A program made the position numbers and the translations under genes. DNA of 62,920 nt, the filler included, from Aduncisulcus paluster (taxonomy: Eukaryota): the NCBI GenBank assembly GCA_024181965.1. It is 5 parts of 5 records of this genome, joined end to end, with 100 filler letters (N's around TTAATTAATTAA, not from the genome) between each part and the next. Parts side by side here need not be neighbours in the genome. Positions count along the whole stretch, not along the records: positions 41,156 to 57,402 come from BQXS01009954.1; positions 57,503 to 62,920 come from BQXS01009987.1; 3 more parts are not named here. One strand, 5' to 3'. The first letter of the stretch is position 1; every line of letters begins with the position of its first letter. The notes under the pieces were generated by a model. That model searched no databases. It saw nothing but the letters and a program-made list of their open reading frames with translations, and was not told where the DNA came from. Shown here one piece after another: positions 44,570-59,531 of the stretch.

Positions 44570-47500
44570 TTATTCTTTTGGATAAAAAAACGGACAATGT
44601 TTTTTCTTAAGATTTTGCCGAAAGAATTTAAGAGCTCTAACAACACTATTAATTTTTGTTCTCTTTAATTTTCCTTCAGTATATATCAATTTCCTCCTAA
44701 TTTCACCATGGTTAAGTTCTTTTGCAGATATAAGTGGCAGAAAATATGTTATGATACAAAGGCAATTCTCAAGGAGTTTGAGCATGAGCAAGATGGAAGG
44801 TACTGACAAAAATGAAACATCGAAATCAAGGAAATACTTTGTCATTGATAACAATATCTCTTGTGCATTTGCAGGGAAATAAGCAAAACGCCGACACCAT
44901 GAAGTTGCACTTATCAAATTTAGAATTAATTGATCCAATGATACACTGCGCTGTGAGAAATACAAGGAAGTCGACTCTGATTTCTCAACATCGGTTGAAA
45001 ACCGACCGATCCATTCTTCCCATTGAGTTTGAAATTCATTGAACTCCATCTTAACTTCATCAAACACACCCAAAAATAAAAATTGGAGAGAAAATCTCCC
45101 TCTAACAAGAACGGATACAATATCATTAAGATTGTCTCCACTGGATATTCCATCCCCTAAAAAGCCTTCAAAGACATTTTCAGCCAGAAAATCAAGAAGT
45201 TCGGTAACACACGGTGGAAAAGGTTTCTTAGTGCCAATATCTTCAGAAATAGTTTTGCCGAAATCTTTTAACTCAAGATCCATCAAATTTGCACAGTGGT
45301 GAGAATGATTTGGTAAATAATTGATAGGTAAAGACCAATTTACAGGAGGAAAATTAAACCCTCCCTCATTCTTAAGGATAAATTCACAATATCGGGACAC
45401 AACAGTTTGTTGATGTTCCAAATCATCTCTTTTGGCCAACAAAGCTATCATTTCTTCAGAATCCATTGGTTTTGAACCAGTTTCAAGCTTTTCAATAACC
45501 TGATTCAATTCTTCGTGAAGAGAATACGTGACGAGCTCTATTCCATCAGACAGAGGGGAGAACATCCAAGATTCTATAAGCTGAAGAAAATGCCAAAAAA
45601 ATGAAGAAATTATCGAGGAGTTAGTTTCTAATTCAATCCAAATACTCTTGATTTCATTCTCATGAAATTGAAAATGATTAATAATGGAATCGGTGGGTGA
45701 TAGAGGAGCAATACAACCCAATTCAAACAATTCAAATGGCTTGAGTTGAAAAATATCATTCTCAAGGATTCTTCTCTTGTGCTCGGAAATTATTATCTTT
45801 TGGCAGGATATTTCTTCAATTCCACTATGCTTTTCAATTGAAGGATGAAATTTTAGCTCTCCAAAAATGAAAATAAAAATCTTCAAAACAAGAACTGTAT
45901 TTTGAATAGATTCTTTGCAAAAATTTCGTAAAAAACGAACAACTTGCATGGTACAGGTTGTTGGCCTGGATTGCAAAAGTTGAACAATTAATAAAAAACA
46001 GAGAGATCGCGAATTAATGATTAAAGTATCAGAATATCGTGAAATAAAGTTTCTTTTCATTACTAATAAATAGGAAAAGATATCAGTCATGATGGATTTT
46101 ATAGGTTTTGACTCAAAAAAGCTTCGTTTTGAAATCATCCACAGAGTCTGATTTGAAACTGGGAAATGCATTGAAGATTCAACTCCAAACCGGAAAAAGG
46201 CTTGTACTTTTTGCAATACAATACATTTTAGCATATCAGAACACAAGAAGTGGTCTTTTGATGTAACATTTTGGATTACATTGAGAATGATTTGTGATAT
46301 TAAGAACATTTGTGGTTTAAATGAACAAACAAGAGAAAGAAGCATTTCATAACGAAATCCTTTAAACGAAAACAAGATCAAACTCTCAAATGATTTTGAA
46401 AACCCAATTAAAGACCTCATAAAATGCCAATAATCAAAGAGCTTTGTTCCAACCAAACTCTCTCGGTCAGGAACATTTGGAATGATATCTTTTAATGATC
46501 TTTTATAATGCAAATCTGTGAATTCCATTGGTTTTTCGAGAGGATTTATGACACCATATTGAACAGCGGAAAGAGATGGAATGCCATCGGCAGTTGTCAA
46601 ATCAATAGACTGAGATGAAACTTTATCCAATCTTCTCTGGCTGCCAGAATGTTCGTTAGTGTCATGATTCATAAGCAAAGATTGAATTCTTGATTTCACA
46701 AGATTTTCCCTCTTGCTACTAAGATATAATAATTTTTTGAAAAATATCCTTGAAATAATACGCCAATCAATCCGATTACATTCTTCTTTCTTTTCTTCAT
46801 CTTCAAGGAGATCCCGTTTACATTTACAAGAACAGCAATGACTCAATTTATAGTGACTTCGAATGGAACGCTCATCCATCGCCCAAATATTTGATTTTAA
46901 ATCATTCTTAGTCTCAATTTCTTCATCAGTTAGTTGAGGTTTGGGAGCATTAGAGATATTATCAGCATCTTTTTGTTGAGAATGAGATAATTCTGTGATT
47001 TTCTTCTTCTGATAGGTGCGAATATGGTTAATTTTCCTGAATATCATACAAAAACAGATCATAGCGGTTTCAACTGTTATTCTATCATCTTCTTTTTCAA
47101 TAATATCCAGGAGCATCTCAATAGTGTCTCCAACATTCCGATAATTAACAAGGGAGCAAGTATATACACACACATCCAAGAGAGGCAAACTACATAAATA
47201 AGTGGCAGATGGAAAAGTTGCAACATGATGTGAGACAAAAACTTCGATGCATTTCTTAAGAATACCAACAACATCATTTCTTACAACAGTTATTGGAACA
47301 CAACGCAATATCTTTCCAAGAAGAAAAACTTCAGGTGGAACATCCATATCAGGAACATCAAGAACTCTAGAACTAAATCTACCATCACCACTTTCTTGAA
47401 ACGAGCCAAATTGGGATTGGGCAGCAGAAGTTGCCACAATAGAAGCAATACTAGCGATAGACTGAATGATCGACTCAGGCCCCATTTTTATCGATAAACT

Positions 47501-50500
47501 TGAAGTTTGATACTGAATTGAATGTGTAATTGAACTCATAGTTGTGGCTATTATATCTGTATCACTTGTAGGGCTCCCCAATAATCTAAAGAGGAAAGAT
47601 TTGTATGATTTTGGGCACTCAACAACAATCTTCGAAATCAAATCGAGCATCATTCCCATTCCCTTTTCATCATTATGAACATAAAAACGCACAAGATATT
47701 CAACATAAAGATTCCCAAGAGAATCAAGTAATATGGGAAAATCCGAGAAAGCATCCCATGTTTTGGAGAGAATATGGAAAAGATCTTCAGGAATTAAATA
47801 TGAAAACGAGACAGATAAAAGGTGTTTATGAAGATGAACGATTAAATGACATATATTTTTGAACTCTCGTTCTCTTCTTTCTTCTTCGCGAGCTTGAGCT
47901 GCTTCATCAATTATTGATAAATTACTATCGGATAATACTTTCTTAAACACACTTTTATGTTCAGAAATGTGTTCGTAAGCCAACTTTCGCCAATCGAAAG
48001 ATGTGGAATTCTTATTTTTAGGTGAGATGTGAGAACGAGTACTCATTGATCCTCGGTGGGAGAATTTCATCTTGACTTTTGCCTTTTTAAGACTTTTAAT
48101 TTCAGAATATGAATATAATACTTGTGAAAAAACATCTGAGGAACACCATACAAAATATATAAGAGAAAAAATATCAGGAACAAAAGTTGACTGCAAAAAA
48201 TAACTTTCAGAAGTGGAATATCGGGAACGACAGAACCATTCCCTCACTGCCTTATGAACTTCCATCTCAAGATCATTATCAATTCGAATCTTCTCAANNN
48301 NNNNNNNNNNNNNNNNNTTCAGAATATGAATATAATACTTGTGAAAAAACATCTGAGGAACACCATACAAAATATATAAGAGAAAAAATATCAGGAACAA
48401 AAGTTGACTGAAAAAAATAACTTTCAGAAGTGGAATATCGGGAACGACAGAACCATTCCCTCACTGCCTTATGAACTTCCATCTCAAGATCATTATCAAT
48501 TCGAATCTTCTCAAGTTTCGCTTCTTCATCTTCAGAAATAGAAATTGTGATAATTTCTTTCTCCCCTGAATCTTGAGAGGATTCCTCTTCCTTTGTGTCT
48601 TTGCGTTTTCCTTCTTTTATATCTTGGGCAGATTCACACACTGAAGATTGGGAAAAAGTAAACACGTTCAAAGGGCATTCAGAAATTGCTGGATTCACAG
48701 CTGGCGAATATGTTGAATCGGGAGTTACTCTCCCAACAACACCACTCCCTTCTCTAGTTTCATCATAATTAATTGAAGAAGTAATCGATCCGCTTGAAGA
48801 AAATGATGAGGATTCACTAAGCGCATCGTCATGCTTACTTGTTTCTTTTTCAACGTGACTTTCGATTAAATCAAGGAGATGCATGGGTTCTTCATGAGTT
48901 TTTATCGTCGTTTTGAAAATTTGATTTGCTCTCATTATTCGATTTAATAAACCAGTTTGCACCTCGCGACGTTTCACAAAACAAATCTTTTGAATGGATT
49001 CCTTATGTTCCCAGAATAAAATATTCAATTGTCGAATGAAAAACATCACAAGATCTGTAATAGAAATATCACTGAAATGAAAACTCACAAAAGCTAGAGA
49101 ATTAGAACACACATCAATGAGATGCTCACTATCAATTTTGGACAGGTCAGATAAATTTCCAGGTGTTTCACTCTTAGAAGGCCTTGTACTACAAAGACAT
49201 GGATTGTCAATTGGATGAAGTGAACATGATGAGTTGAATTTGAGGGCACTTTGCATAATATCATTCGAAAAACGAAGAATATTGGGGCCACTAATCTCGT
49301 TAACTTCGGCTTTTGTATCTGACAGTGCTTGGATAATGAAAATAAACAACAATTGACATATTTTAGTAAAAACAAATCCCCGAAGAAATTCTTGGGATGA
49401 AACCATTGAAACTGATAACTCATAATTATACTCACCAATTGTTTGCATACTGCTATCACTATCCATTTTACATATTATTGAATTCGTGAACATGTGAGAA
49501 ATAGTTTGAATTTCCATATTCCATCGTATTCTTGAAAAAGTTTCACTATCAAACATAGTTGCAATGAGAGACGTCGTCCTCACAAATATATTCGGATGAA
49601 TTGAGTAGCGTTCAAATAGTTTTCGCATTGGATTAATTGTACTTGAGACCTTCGAATCACTTAAAAAATATCTCAATAAAGATACTAATACAACTTGAAG
49701 GGATCGGGATGGAATAAGCGGAATCTTGTCAAGACAGAGAGAGACTAAATAATAATAACACGCTTCTTGTGGAATTAAAGGCAAAAGGATGAAAAACATG
49801 TATATACGACTCATCAAAAAGAATGCAATTCGATAATATTTTACATTTTCCCTCATACATATTTCCATTTTTAGAGAATTTCTATCAAAAATTGCAGAAT
49901 CCGGTGATTTAATTGGTAACCATTGCATCAAAGCAATTAAATCATTTAAATAGTACAGAGATCTTTCAGATTGATGAATAACGATACAAAAAATGTATGA
50001 CAATTTCCAACATAAATTTTCCCAGATTGGGCACTCAAAATAATTGACTATTTTATCCACTGGCCCAGAAATAACACCATCTGGAAGATGTGAAGTATCA
50101 CATATGAGAAAATTATCACTTGATTCTGGAAAATAAAATGATGGACACAAACATTGAGTATCAAAAAATTCGAGAAAATAGTGAATAAGCAGTTCATGTA
50201 GGCTTGCAACATAAGAAGCAAATGTTTGCATCACAAAATCACCCAAACGATTATTTTGAACAAGCGATGGAAGAAATAAATATCTCCAAACGTTGTAAAT
50301 TCTCACGATGGACTCATGTTGACTATAATCAGCATAAGCTTCAGGAGTAACAAGAATATGGGCAAGTTGACAAACCACAAGAATACAACTTTTACAAACT
50401 TCGGTTTCGTGAGATGATAGACGTAAATTGAATTCATCAAATCTCAGTGAGGTATGTTTTTTCCAAATGTCATAAAGATTTGTTTTTGATCCATAATATG

Positions 50501-53500
50501 TTTTCACAAGTATCTTCAAAGAGATTTCCGGAAAAACATTAATTATTGAAGGAATTACTTGTGAAAAGGTTGAAGGACAAATCAAATCCTTTAGCATTTG
50601 TCTTGAAGAAGGCATCTCTGACTCGAATTTCCTGTTTTGCTTTTCTTTTGTAGAACAGGGGGAAAACTTTCCTTGATCGGCAAAATAGCACAAGATTCCC
50701 AAACAAAGTTGCATTTTGAAAATCATAGAAACTCCCTCATAACAAATCGATGAGTCTAGAACCCTCCGTATAACCGGATTCTGGACAAGATTTGTTGAAG
50801 TAAAAATGGAAGAATCAATCCGAACAATAGATTCAGACCGTAAAAGATCGGCCATACATATATTAAAGCCAATTCTCGCGGGAATTTTCAAAAATGGTGG
50901 GATCATTTTCTTGTTCCTTTCCCAATCATAATACCATATTGTATGCCGAACAATTCGACAATTTCCATCAGAAATAAGTAATTTGGCCACTTTAATTGGA
51001 AGACTATTGGGAATTGTTTTGATCCAAATGAACTGAAAAGCTAAACAAATATAATATCCTCCCCATATTGAAATATCCGATTCATCAATATCATTAAGGA
51101 TGTTATAATTGTTTTGATAAGAAATAATACCATCATAATACCATTGACAAATATTGATCAACTTACCCAACATATCATCTTCATCTGTGTAGCTATTCCA
51201 TTCACTTTGAGGTGAAAAGATATTAAAACATCGAATGAGATGGAACAGATAATTCTTCGAAATAACTGGAATTTCTTTTTCTTCTCGCCTTTTCATATAT
51301 GCCACATAAAATGACATGGCAAAACCATTTAATATATTAACAAAATCAAAATAAGAAACAAAAAACATTCCACCATTAAAATAAGGCATGTGATTCGAAT
51401 CTAGCAAAAGATGCACACGTCTGTTTGATAAAACCATTAATACAGATAAATTTCTCAGTGAATACACTTTTCTTGGATTTTTACGAAGTTCTTTGAATAA
51501 AGGATTACATTCAAGGATCAAAAATTTCATTGGGTCCAATATAGCATTTGAAATTAAATTTCTATAAAATTCCTCACTCCTAGAAATATGAGAAGCAAGT
51601 AGTTTCTTGGTAAATGGAATATTATCAGAGAATGGACAATGATCACGATGGAGAGCTCCTTGCTTTAACATTTTTTCGAAAATATCAATAGCATCTGGGT
51701 TGAAATCAAAATTAAATTGATATAACCCAAGATGCTTCGAATTGAGCGCATTTTGAATAAAAGACAACAAAGTACGTGGTGATATCCACCGATCATCAAC
51801 AATAATCTTGTAAAACAACATTCGAAGGGCTCCTTCAAGAAGGAAAACTTTTGGATCGAGAAGAAGTTGCAAATAATCATTTTCTCCAGAATTTCTGAAC
51901 AAAAAATAATCTTGTTTCAAAAATGATAATTGTTTTCGTAAGATTAAAATTCCAGATTTTGATCCTTCATCTTCATAGAACCTGGGAATATCATATGTTG
52001 GCAATATTGAAAATATTGATGTTGATTGAGGAGTGTTTGCTAATAAATTGGAAAAATAGAATGATTCATACCGATCAAATGAAATGATAAGGTGATTGAG
52101 CCAAGAATTAATAATTATTGGTGGGACTTTATCAATTTTACCCAATTTCCGACAGAGGATAAAAAATTCTTCCTCAAAGCACATTTCTTTTGACAAAAAA
52201 GTCAATAGTATATCCTCATCAATGTTTTGAAGCTTGTAAAATATGTGATACAACCCTCTTATCAGAGAAACACATATTCTGACCAAGTAATTCTCAATAA
52301 TGAATGAAAGATTCGAGGAAAATTCAATATGTTGAATACACCAACTAAGAAGATTAAACAAATCATATACACATTGAACAATTCGTTTGCTTTCCGAAAC
52401 AATCTGTGAGAGATGATTTTGATTATTTTGAGATCTAATAATTCCTGCTAAAGTCGGATTTTCATTGAACTTGTTCAAATAATCGGTAGTAATACAACTC
52501 GGAACAACAGAATCGATGAATTGAAAAATCAATATAAGTTGAGCCTGTGCAGCCTTTGAAGGTATAAACTCATATTCATGAGAATTATGAAAATGAGTTG
52601 ATGATAAATCTAATCTTTCCTCTTTTTCAATATGTGATTCAACTTGAAGGAGTTTTAGGGTAGATTTTGTGATTAAAATTAAATGATTAATCCTGGCTTC
52701 AGGCGATGCTATATTGAGAATGGTTTGAACAATTGTCAAAATCATGAACATTTGACATAATTCCTGAGATATTATCATTAGATCGTGAAGATTATGAACT
52801 TCGCTGAGAGCACACAATCTATTGAAAACAATAACCATCGTTGGAAACATACTATCCTTTAGAAAACTGATTGTATACAATTTCTGACAAAATAACACAA
52901 CAAAACGAATATAAGAGATTGAAATTGGGACATGATATGCATTCATCTGATCAAATAATCTATTTACACAATTATAAATATCGATTACTTTTGATTCAAT
53001 GGGGGGCGGAAATTCTATGATTGATTGATTAACCATATCACTATATTTTAAGTTTAGAATATCATATGATTCTTGTGAAAACAATATACAATACTCTGAT
53101 CGTTCTTCGGATCCAATGATATATTCAGGAGAAAAACAATATGATGATTGGGATAAAGCATAGAACAAACAAAAAATATCAAATGCAACCTCTCGGTCAA
53201 CACTTCCAAGCACAGCAGTATTAATGATACAATTGGCAACAATATTCATAAATATCTCATTGCCTCCCTGTGATAATAGATTTATCCATGTTCTGGGACA
53301 AAAGTGAGTTCTATTATCAGAAAATGACTCCCAATTACAATCGAGCAAATAGTCGAAATGTTTCCCACCTTTTTCATTCAATTCAGTTCGAACTTGAGGA
53401 GGAATCGAAAGAAATGATCCATTTTTAGACAATTGATTTGAGAGCTTTTCTTCATCAACATGCAGAATTGATTTAAACATCTCCCATTTGGTCATCGTTC

Positions 53501-56500
53501 TGACTTCACAATTATTTCGAAGAGCACATGAATATCGAATAAGCATTTGATAAACAAAATCTAAGCTATGTACCATAGATTTTGTATTATTTGATACTAA
53601 CCCCTTGATAGAGATGGCAATAAGTCCCCTAAGATGAAGTTCTTCCATAAATCCCAATGATACATAATTCATTAGAGTATAATAGAGTCTATCATTAATC
53701 ATATGAAGGTAAGGATGCAAAATATTACTTCTATCTGTAATTATGATTCCCTCAAGCTCTTCAAGAGCAGGTAGAGCACATCCAGCTTTGGTTGAAAAGA
53801 AATATGATTGAAATCTGGGGATATTTGCGAAGACTAAAAAGCAAATCAAAACAGTATACCTTGCATTGATAAGGATATTGAGAATAAGATCAGAAGTAGG
53901 AAAAGAAAAGAATTTCTTCAGAGGTAATGAGTTCGAATCTAAGGCAAATTCAAGCAATTGATTCCGAAACAAATATGGTAAAAGACCTCTAATTTTAGTA
54001 GGAGACATGAGGGGCAAATATCGTCCTTTAAGAGTTTTTAATGTTATCACAATTGTAGAATTTGTTCTATATTTACATTTTTCACAATAAAAAGACCGAC
54101 ATCCATCTGCAATAACTTGTTTCTCTTCCTCTGAAAGAACATTACTTGATCCTCGTGAGTCTAGATCACATTTTGGGGCAAAACAATACAAAAGTTGATT
54201 GAATATCACATTTAACAGAGAAATAAAATGATAATCTTCAAGATATCCCATTTTTATAGTTTGAATATTCTGAAAACCAGGTTGCCTTTCGAGTTTTGTG
54301 TTTGGAATAGCGGTTGCTTTGCATATAGGTTTGAAAACGGCTCCATGAGGAAACAATGTAAGTCCATTATAATAAATTTGAGAGATTATGTGTGAAATTA
54401 GTTCTTCCAATAGAGGGAACATAATCTTTCGGATAATTGAACCTTCATAATTTCCGGAAGAAAATGCACATTTAGAAAGGCTTGGTTCCCAATATAGTTG
54501 AAATATAATGAAAGAAAATAATCCATCAACTAAATTATGTTCAAAATCTCTTCGAATAATATTAAAATCTTCGGATCTGAGGGGTCCAAAATAGAAGATG
54601 AATTTCACAGTTTCTTGGAAATGCGAAGAAAATAACCGATCAAAAAATTGAGTTTTGTACATGATTCTGTTTAATGATATTGGAATAATAAATGTTCTCG
54701 AGGAAGGACAAAATGGTTCGGCACAAGGATTTTTCAACTCTGTATATTGATTTTCAATGCAAATATTCAATATTCTAGCTGTGTTTTTTAACAAATTATA
54801 GTAATCCAAATATAATCTCGCCTGAGACTCCGCATCAGGAGCATTTATCATCTCCACAATTGAGCGATTAATTCTTCTAAACAATGATGATTTAAAGATA
54901 TTGAGATTAAACGCCTCTGAGTATGTTGATATTGTTTTTTGAATATAACCATCACAGAAGTATTGTTCCTTACCAATGGAGCGTTCGCCAGACATATCTC
55001 TCTGACGTAATTCGTACATGCTCATAATGGCCATATCATGAACATAGCTGTTGAAGGCTACAAGATGTTTTGGAGATGACATAAACATGCTAAAATCTGT
55101 CCAAAATCCATCAGATGGAATTTCTTCACCCCATATGAATGATATTCGATAACGATAAACATCTTGACATAAATCAAATGATTCTTTGATCGTCATTTTT
55201 GTAAAGTTAACCAAGTGTCGAACTGTTATATTGAAATGAATCTTTGAAAAATATGGAAATATCATTTCACTTATTACAGTTCGAATCTTCGCAATTTCAG
55301 TTTCTATTTGCAATATTTGAGCTGAATAGGGTTCGGTTGGAAAAGATTTGTCGTGTTTGGCCTTGTTTTTTTTGGCCTTTAAATGCGCCAGTTGCTTAAT
55401 TATTGCTTGGCCTTCAAGAATGAGGATAGTTAAACATTCAGCAAGGATTATTGAATTTTCTGAAATGTGATCATCACACATTTGTATCGATGGAGAAGAA
55501 ACAGACGCTACCCGAAGAGTCTTTAAAAGTTTTAGGATAAAAACAATGAATGGAGAAACAAAGAAGGATTGAATCGTAGAATGATTTCCATAATTTGATA
55601 AAAAAGGAATAATCAAAACGTATTTCATTGCTTCTTGAACAAATTCAACACAAACGGTTGGAGATTTCAGCAAATGTCTTTGAATACTTGTCGAAAAGAA
55701 GTGGATAAATTGCAAAGTCAAAATATTGGGATTAGGTTGCTTTAGACAGAATAATATAAAAACGGCTCTGTAACAAAATAATCGAGAAAGTTCAAATTGT
55801 TTCGATTGTTGAGCTGACAGAAATAATAATGATGAGTTAGATTGTGGAGACGGTATTGATATTCTTGCTTGAGCTTTCAATCTAACCTCTCCCTCTGATG
55901 GCGCGCGAGTTTTCATAAATATCTGATTAATACATCTATATGAGGAACAAAACAAAATTATCACACTCACCCAGTAGAAAATGGAACACTTATTCCTCTC
56001 ATTGCCATACATTCGTGACACTTCCCAGAAATGAAGCTGGGGTAATGCACAAAATATTTCAAAAATATTGTTAATTTTATAATAATCACTGATGCAAGCA
56101 GGATCTGGATGATTTATGGAGAGAGTCCCTAACATGAAGGAAATGCATAGAACATGGAGGATACTGATGAGGAGATAATTCAAAGATTTATAGTAAAAAA
56201 AACTCGTGGAAGATCGTTTTTCAGGGTGAAGAGGAATAAGTTCTTGAATAATGTCATATAAATTGGATACAAGTGTCATAATCGCAATAAAATGCTCATC
56301 TTTAAGCTGGGGTAAAGCCTCCAAATAATGCTTTCGCGAAGCTTGAAAAGATGAAACAGAAGTTTGTGAGTGATTTGAATAAGGTTTTATCTTTAAAATT
56401 ATTATGTCTATAAGAAAAAGAAGGTTAATTAAAGAGGAAATACAATCAGAAACGGAAATATCAAGCTTGGAGAGAGAACCTGATTTCATATTAGATATAA

Positions 56501-57402
56501 TAAGTTGCAATTCACTAATCTTTGATTGAAATATTGGGATATATGCCACAAGATCCTTTTCATGAAGTAATATTGTCTTTATCTCTGCAATTACAACCCA
56601 AATCAAACCAGCTGGTATCTTGAGAAATTTCTTTGAAGATGGATAATGCGGGGTTGAGTAGGTATCTTGTATCCAAGGCCCAATCTTAAAACGAGGATTG
56701 TCAACATAGAATATCCCAATATTGTATAATAGTCCAAGATGAGTATCAAACATAGGAGATGCATGCGCAAATGTAGCATCAAAATAAATATAATAGTGAG
56801 AAATGCACGATAAGAAATATTGAATAAAGACAACGTGTGAAAAACACAAATATTTTGGAGGATTATTTCTAAATTTGGAACTTTCGACAATTCTAACAAT
56901 TGAGTCAAAGGAAGATCCAATTGCGGTACGAACGGGTTCATAAAGGAATTCATCTCTTGAGGATTGAACATAACATAATAGGAAGAAGAAGCAAAGTTTA
57001 TCGATAGGAGAGCATAGGGAAATAAGAAAATTTAGTAAACTCATAAACAAATACTTTGATCGATATGAATTCGGAGATGAATCACATTTCCCCAAGAAAG
57101 TTAAGAATTGATCCAAGGAATTCAGAAGACCCCTTTCGAAGAGTCGATATATCATAACACATTCGTTTAACAATATTTCAATCGATCTACCCTGAATAAT
57201 TTGGCAACACGAATGAAACCTCAAAAAAATATCAATAATCAATTGGAGGGGGGAAAAGCTACCTGAACGAACAGAAAATATTGATCTTTTGAGATAAAAC
57301 GACAAATATAGAACACTTCGGTCATTTTTCCCGGAAGAATTTAGAAATAACCGGAGAACCGATGGAACAATTGGCGATAAGACATTTGGAACAAAATGAT
57401 TC
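44570..57402 (-). CDS. Giant hypothetical protein (at least 4204 aa, 5'-partial), probably an alpha-solenoid
   Basis: The 3003-aa and 1276-aa ORFs overlap through a 197-bp duplication flanking a 20-N gap, and removing 217 nt fuses them in frame. The frame is open to the contig edge. F/I/L/S-rich helical patterning with no recognised motif. Confidence 0.8.
48101..48514. other. Scaffolding artefact: 197 bp duplicated either side of a 20-N gap (one SNP, FLQ vs FFQ)
   Basis: 48101-48297 matches 48318-48514. Confidence 0.9.
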
Positions 57403-57502
57403 NNNNNNNNNNNNNNNNNNNNNNNNNNNNNNNNNNNNNNNNNNNNTTAATTAATTAANNNNNNNNNNNNNNNNNNNNNNNNNNNNNNNNNNNNNNNNNN
57501 NN
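57403..57502. other. Artificial contig-joining linker
   Basis: N44-TTAATTAATTAA-N44. Confidence 0.97.
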
Positions 57503-57536
57503 GCTTTATCCCTAATAAATGCATCCGCCTTCTTAT

Positions 57537-57573
57537 AAACAAACAAACAAACAAACAAACAAACAAACAAACA
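57537..57573. repeat. (AAAC)n microsatellite, about 9 units
   Basis: Read directly from the sequence. Confidence 0.9.
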
Positions 57574-57661
57574 AAAAGGTTATTATTATTCGGCAATTAT
57601 TTATAATCAATAATTAACAATCGGTTATAAGAATATTTAAGAATAAACGAATCGGAAGGAA

Positions 57662-59282
57662 TTATAATAATTCAAAAACTCCACAAATCCCACTAACATC
57701 TGAAAAACAGACACATTTACCATCAGGACTCGTATCAAGAGATGAAACAAATGAATACTTCTTTGGTGTTGCCATGTTCTTGGCCAAAATCCTACCTTTG
57801 TGTATTTTTTTTATAACATTGATAAATTGAATAACTCCATTCCCAAAAATGCACGCATTGCCGGAATTTGGGATAGAATGAGTTGCGTAGGGCGTTGAAG
57901 CAACGAACTTCTCAATAAAACAGCGTTGAACAATATTGAATCGACAAACATCAGATTTAGGACACACGGCCTTGTCTCCAACAGAATTAGAGATGCCTAG
58001 ACATAACAATTCACCAGAACTACCAATTATTGTCAAATAAAACAACTTTTTTGTCAGTGAATTATTCCAAAACATGAGTTTGGTGGGAAAAGGAATAGGG
58101 ATGGAACAAACATCACATTCAATCTTATTAATGGCAGAAATAGACATTAAACCAGTTTTATAGGGCATTTCCTTTGCGAATCGACAGCCACCAATAAAAA
58201 TGTGATTGTTAGGAGCTGGTGAAGAAATTAAAATGGAAAATAATATAGAATCGTTAATAATCGCTTTGGAACAAAATATATCGGATATAGATTCGCCAAT
58301 CTTCAAATCGACCTTGATATCTTCTATTACAACTCTAGAATCATCCCAAGGTAGGAAAACAACCCGTAAACTTGAGGGAAGTCCCAATAACATGAAAGTA
58401 CCATGCTCATCAACTTTTAACACAACTGACGCCTTTATCTGCAAAGTAGACGATACTAATGGGACAGTTTGCACGGAAATTTTATAATCTATCGATTCTA
58501 AAGATTTCAAAGAATGTTTCGAAGGAAGAGGAGACCTATCATGAATAGAGTTCCATGAAATGGTAATATACGACACCGAATGGATAGTAGTCATGAGAAA
58601 AATACATTCTTTTCGTCCAGTACCACCTTTATCATATGGAGACAACAATCGATGTAGTCGAAGAGAAGAAGAAGGCAATTTATGGATAGAATGACGAAAT
58701 ACACATTGAAATGAACCTTTAGAAGAAATTGGATTAATTTGATAAAGATTTAAAATTCCTATGACATCAGATTTCCTCTGTTCAGCTCCAAAAGAAATAA
58801 ATCGAAAATTGTCAATCCAAAGAGTATGGAGATGTGAATTTCCTGTGCTATCTTCAAATATAGGAGTTTTTATCGCCATTCTGAACCTTAAAAAAAATGT
58901 CAATGCGACAAAAACATATTTCGCTTATTTTTTTTTCCGACCAAAATGAGGGAGTACCTCAACATGATAGCATCATCAAAAAAATCGATCAAATGGAATG
59001 GGAAGAAGAGAGGGCTGGATACTGTTATGGATGAAGTTAAGAGGCCACGCTGGAGTGGCGTGTTCGTGAATAAGGCATCGGCACTCTCTCGTAGCTCATC
59101 AACCATCGGTATGATATCCTCCAGTGTTGATAGTACAGGTCTTGGGGCTGCATCGGGGTCAGTTCCAAGAAACAGCACACTTGACAATGCTCTAAAGTAC
59201 ACGATGGCCTCTATTGAATCTCCTTTGTTCCTCCCTTCCCCACCCCTCGTGTCCCATCACTCTCACGAGGTAAAAAACGCAT
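57662..59282 (-). CDS. Beta-propeller/WD40-like protein; predicted exons 59282-59267, 59210-58958 and 58886-57662 (497 aa)
   Basis: The C-terminal VSSLDTSPDGKCVCFSDVSGICGVFEL is a WD40-like blade. Intron GTACTC...TTTTTTTTAAG (71 nt, phase 2) joins ORF 58900-59202 to ORF 57662-58903 in frame. A weaker GTGAGA...TAG intron (56 nt) supplies the ATG. Total 1494 nt. Confidence 0.6.
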
Positions 59283-59531
59283 TTTTTCAGGCAGGAGGTT
59301 CTATTGGGAGGCTCTTCTAAGCGCCCTGTTCTTGACCTTGATCAATGAGCTTTTATTTTTCACCCCCTGTGTTATTTTGCCTTTCGAGGCGGTAATATAT
59401 GGTGGAGCCACTTTGTGGTTCGATCAAATTGTGAAATGGTCATTTATTAAATAAAGAAAAAATTGAATAAGAGGTTTTAAGCGTGATTATCACGGCATAG
59501 GTTTTAACTCGATGGTAACTGTAAGTGAGAA

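Noticed and set aside
44570-48400. Separate 1276-aa gene
   Set aside because: Its start lies in the gap duplication. It is the C-terminal part of the giant ORF.
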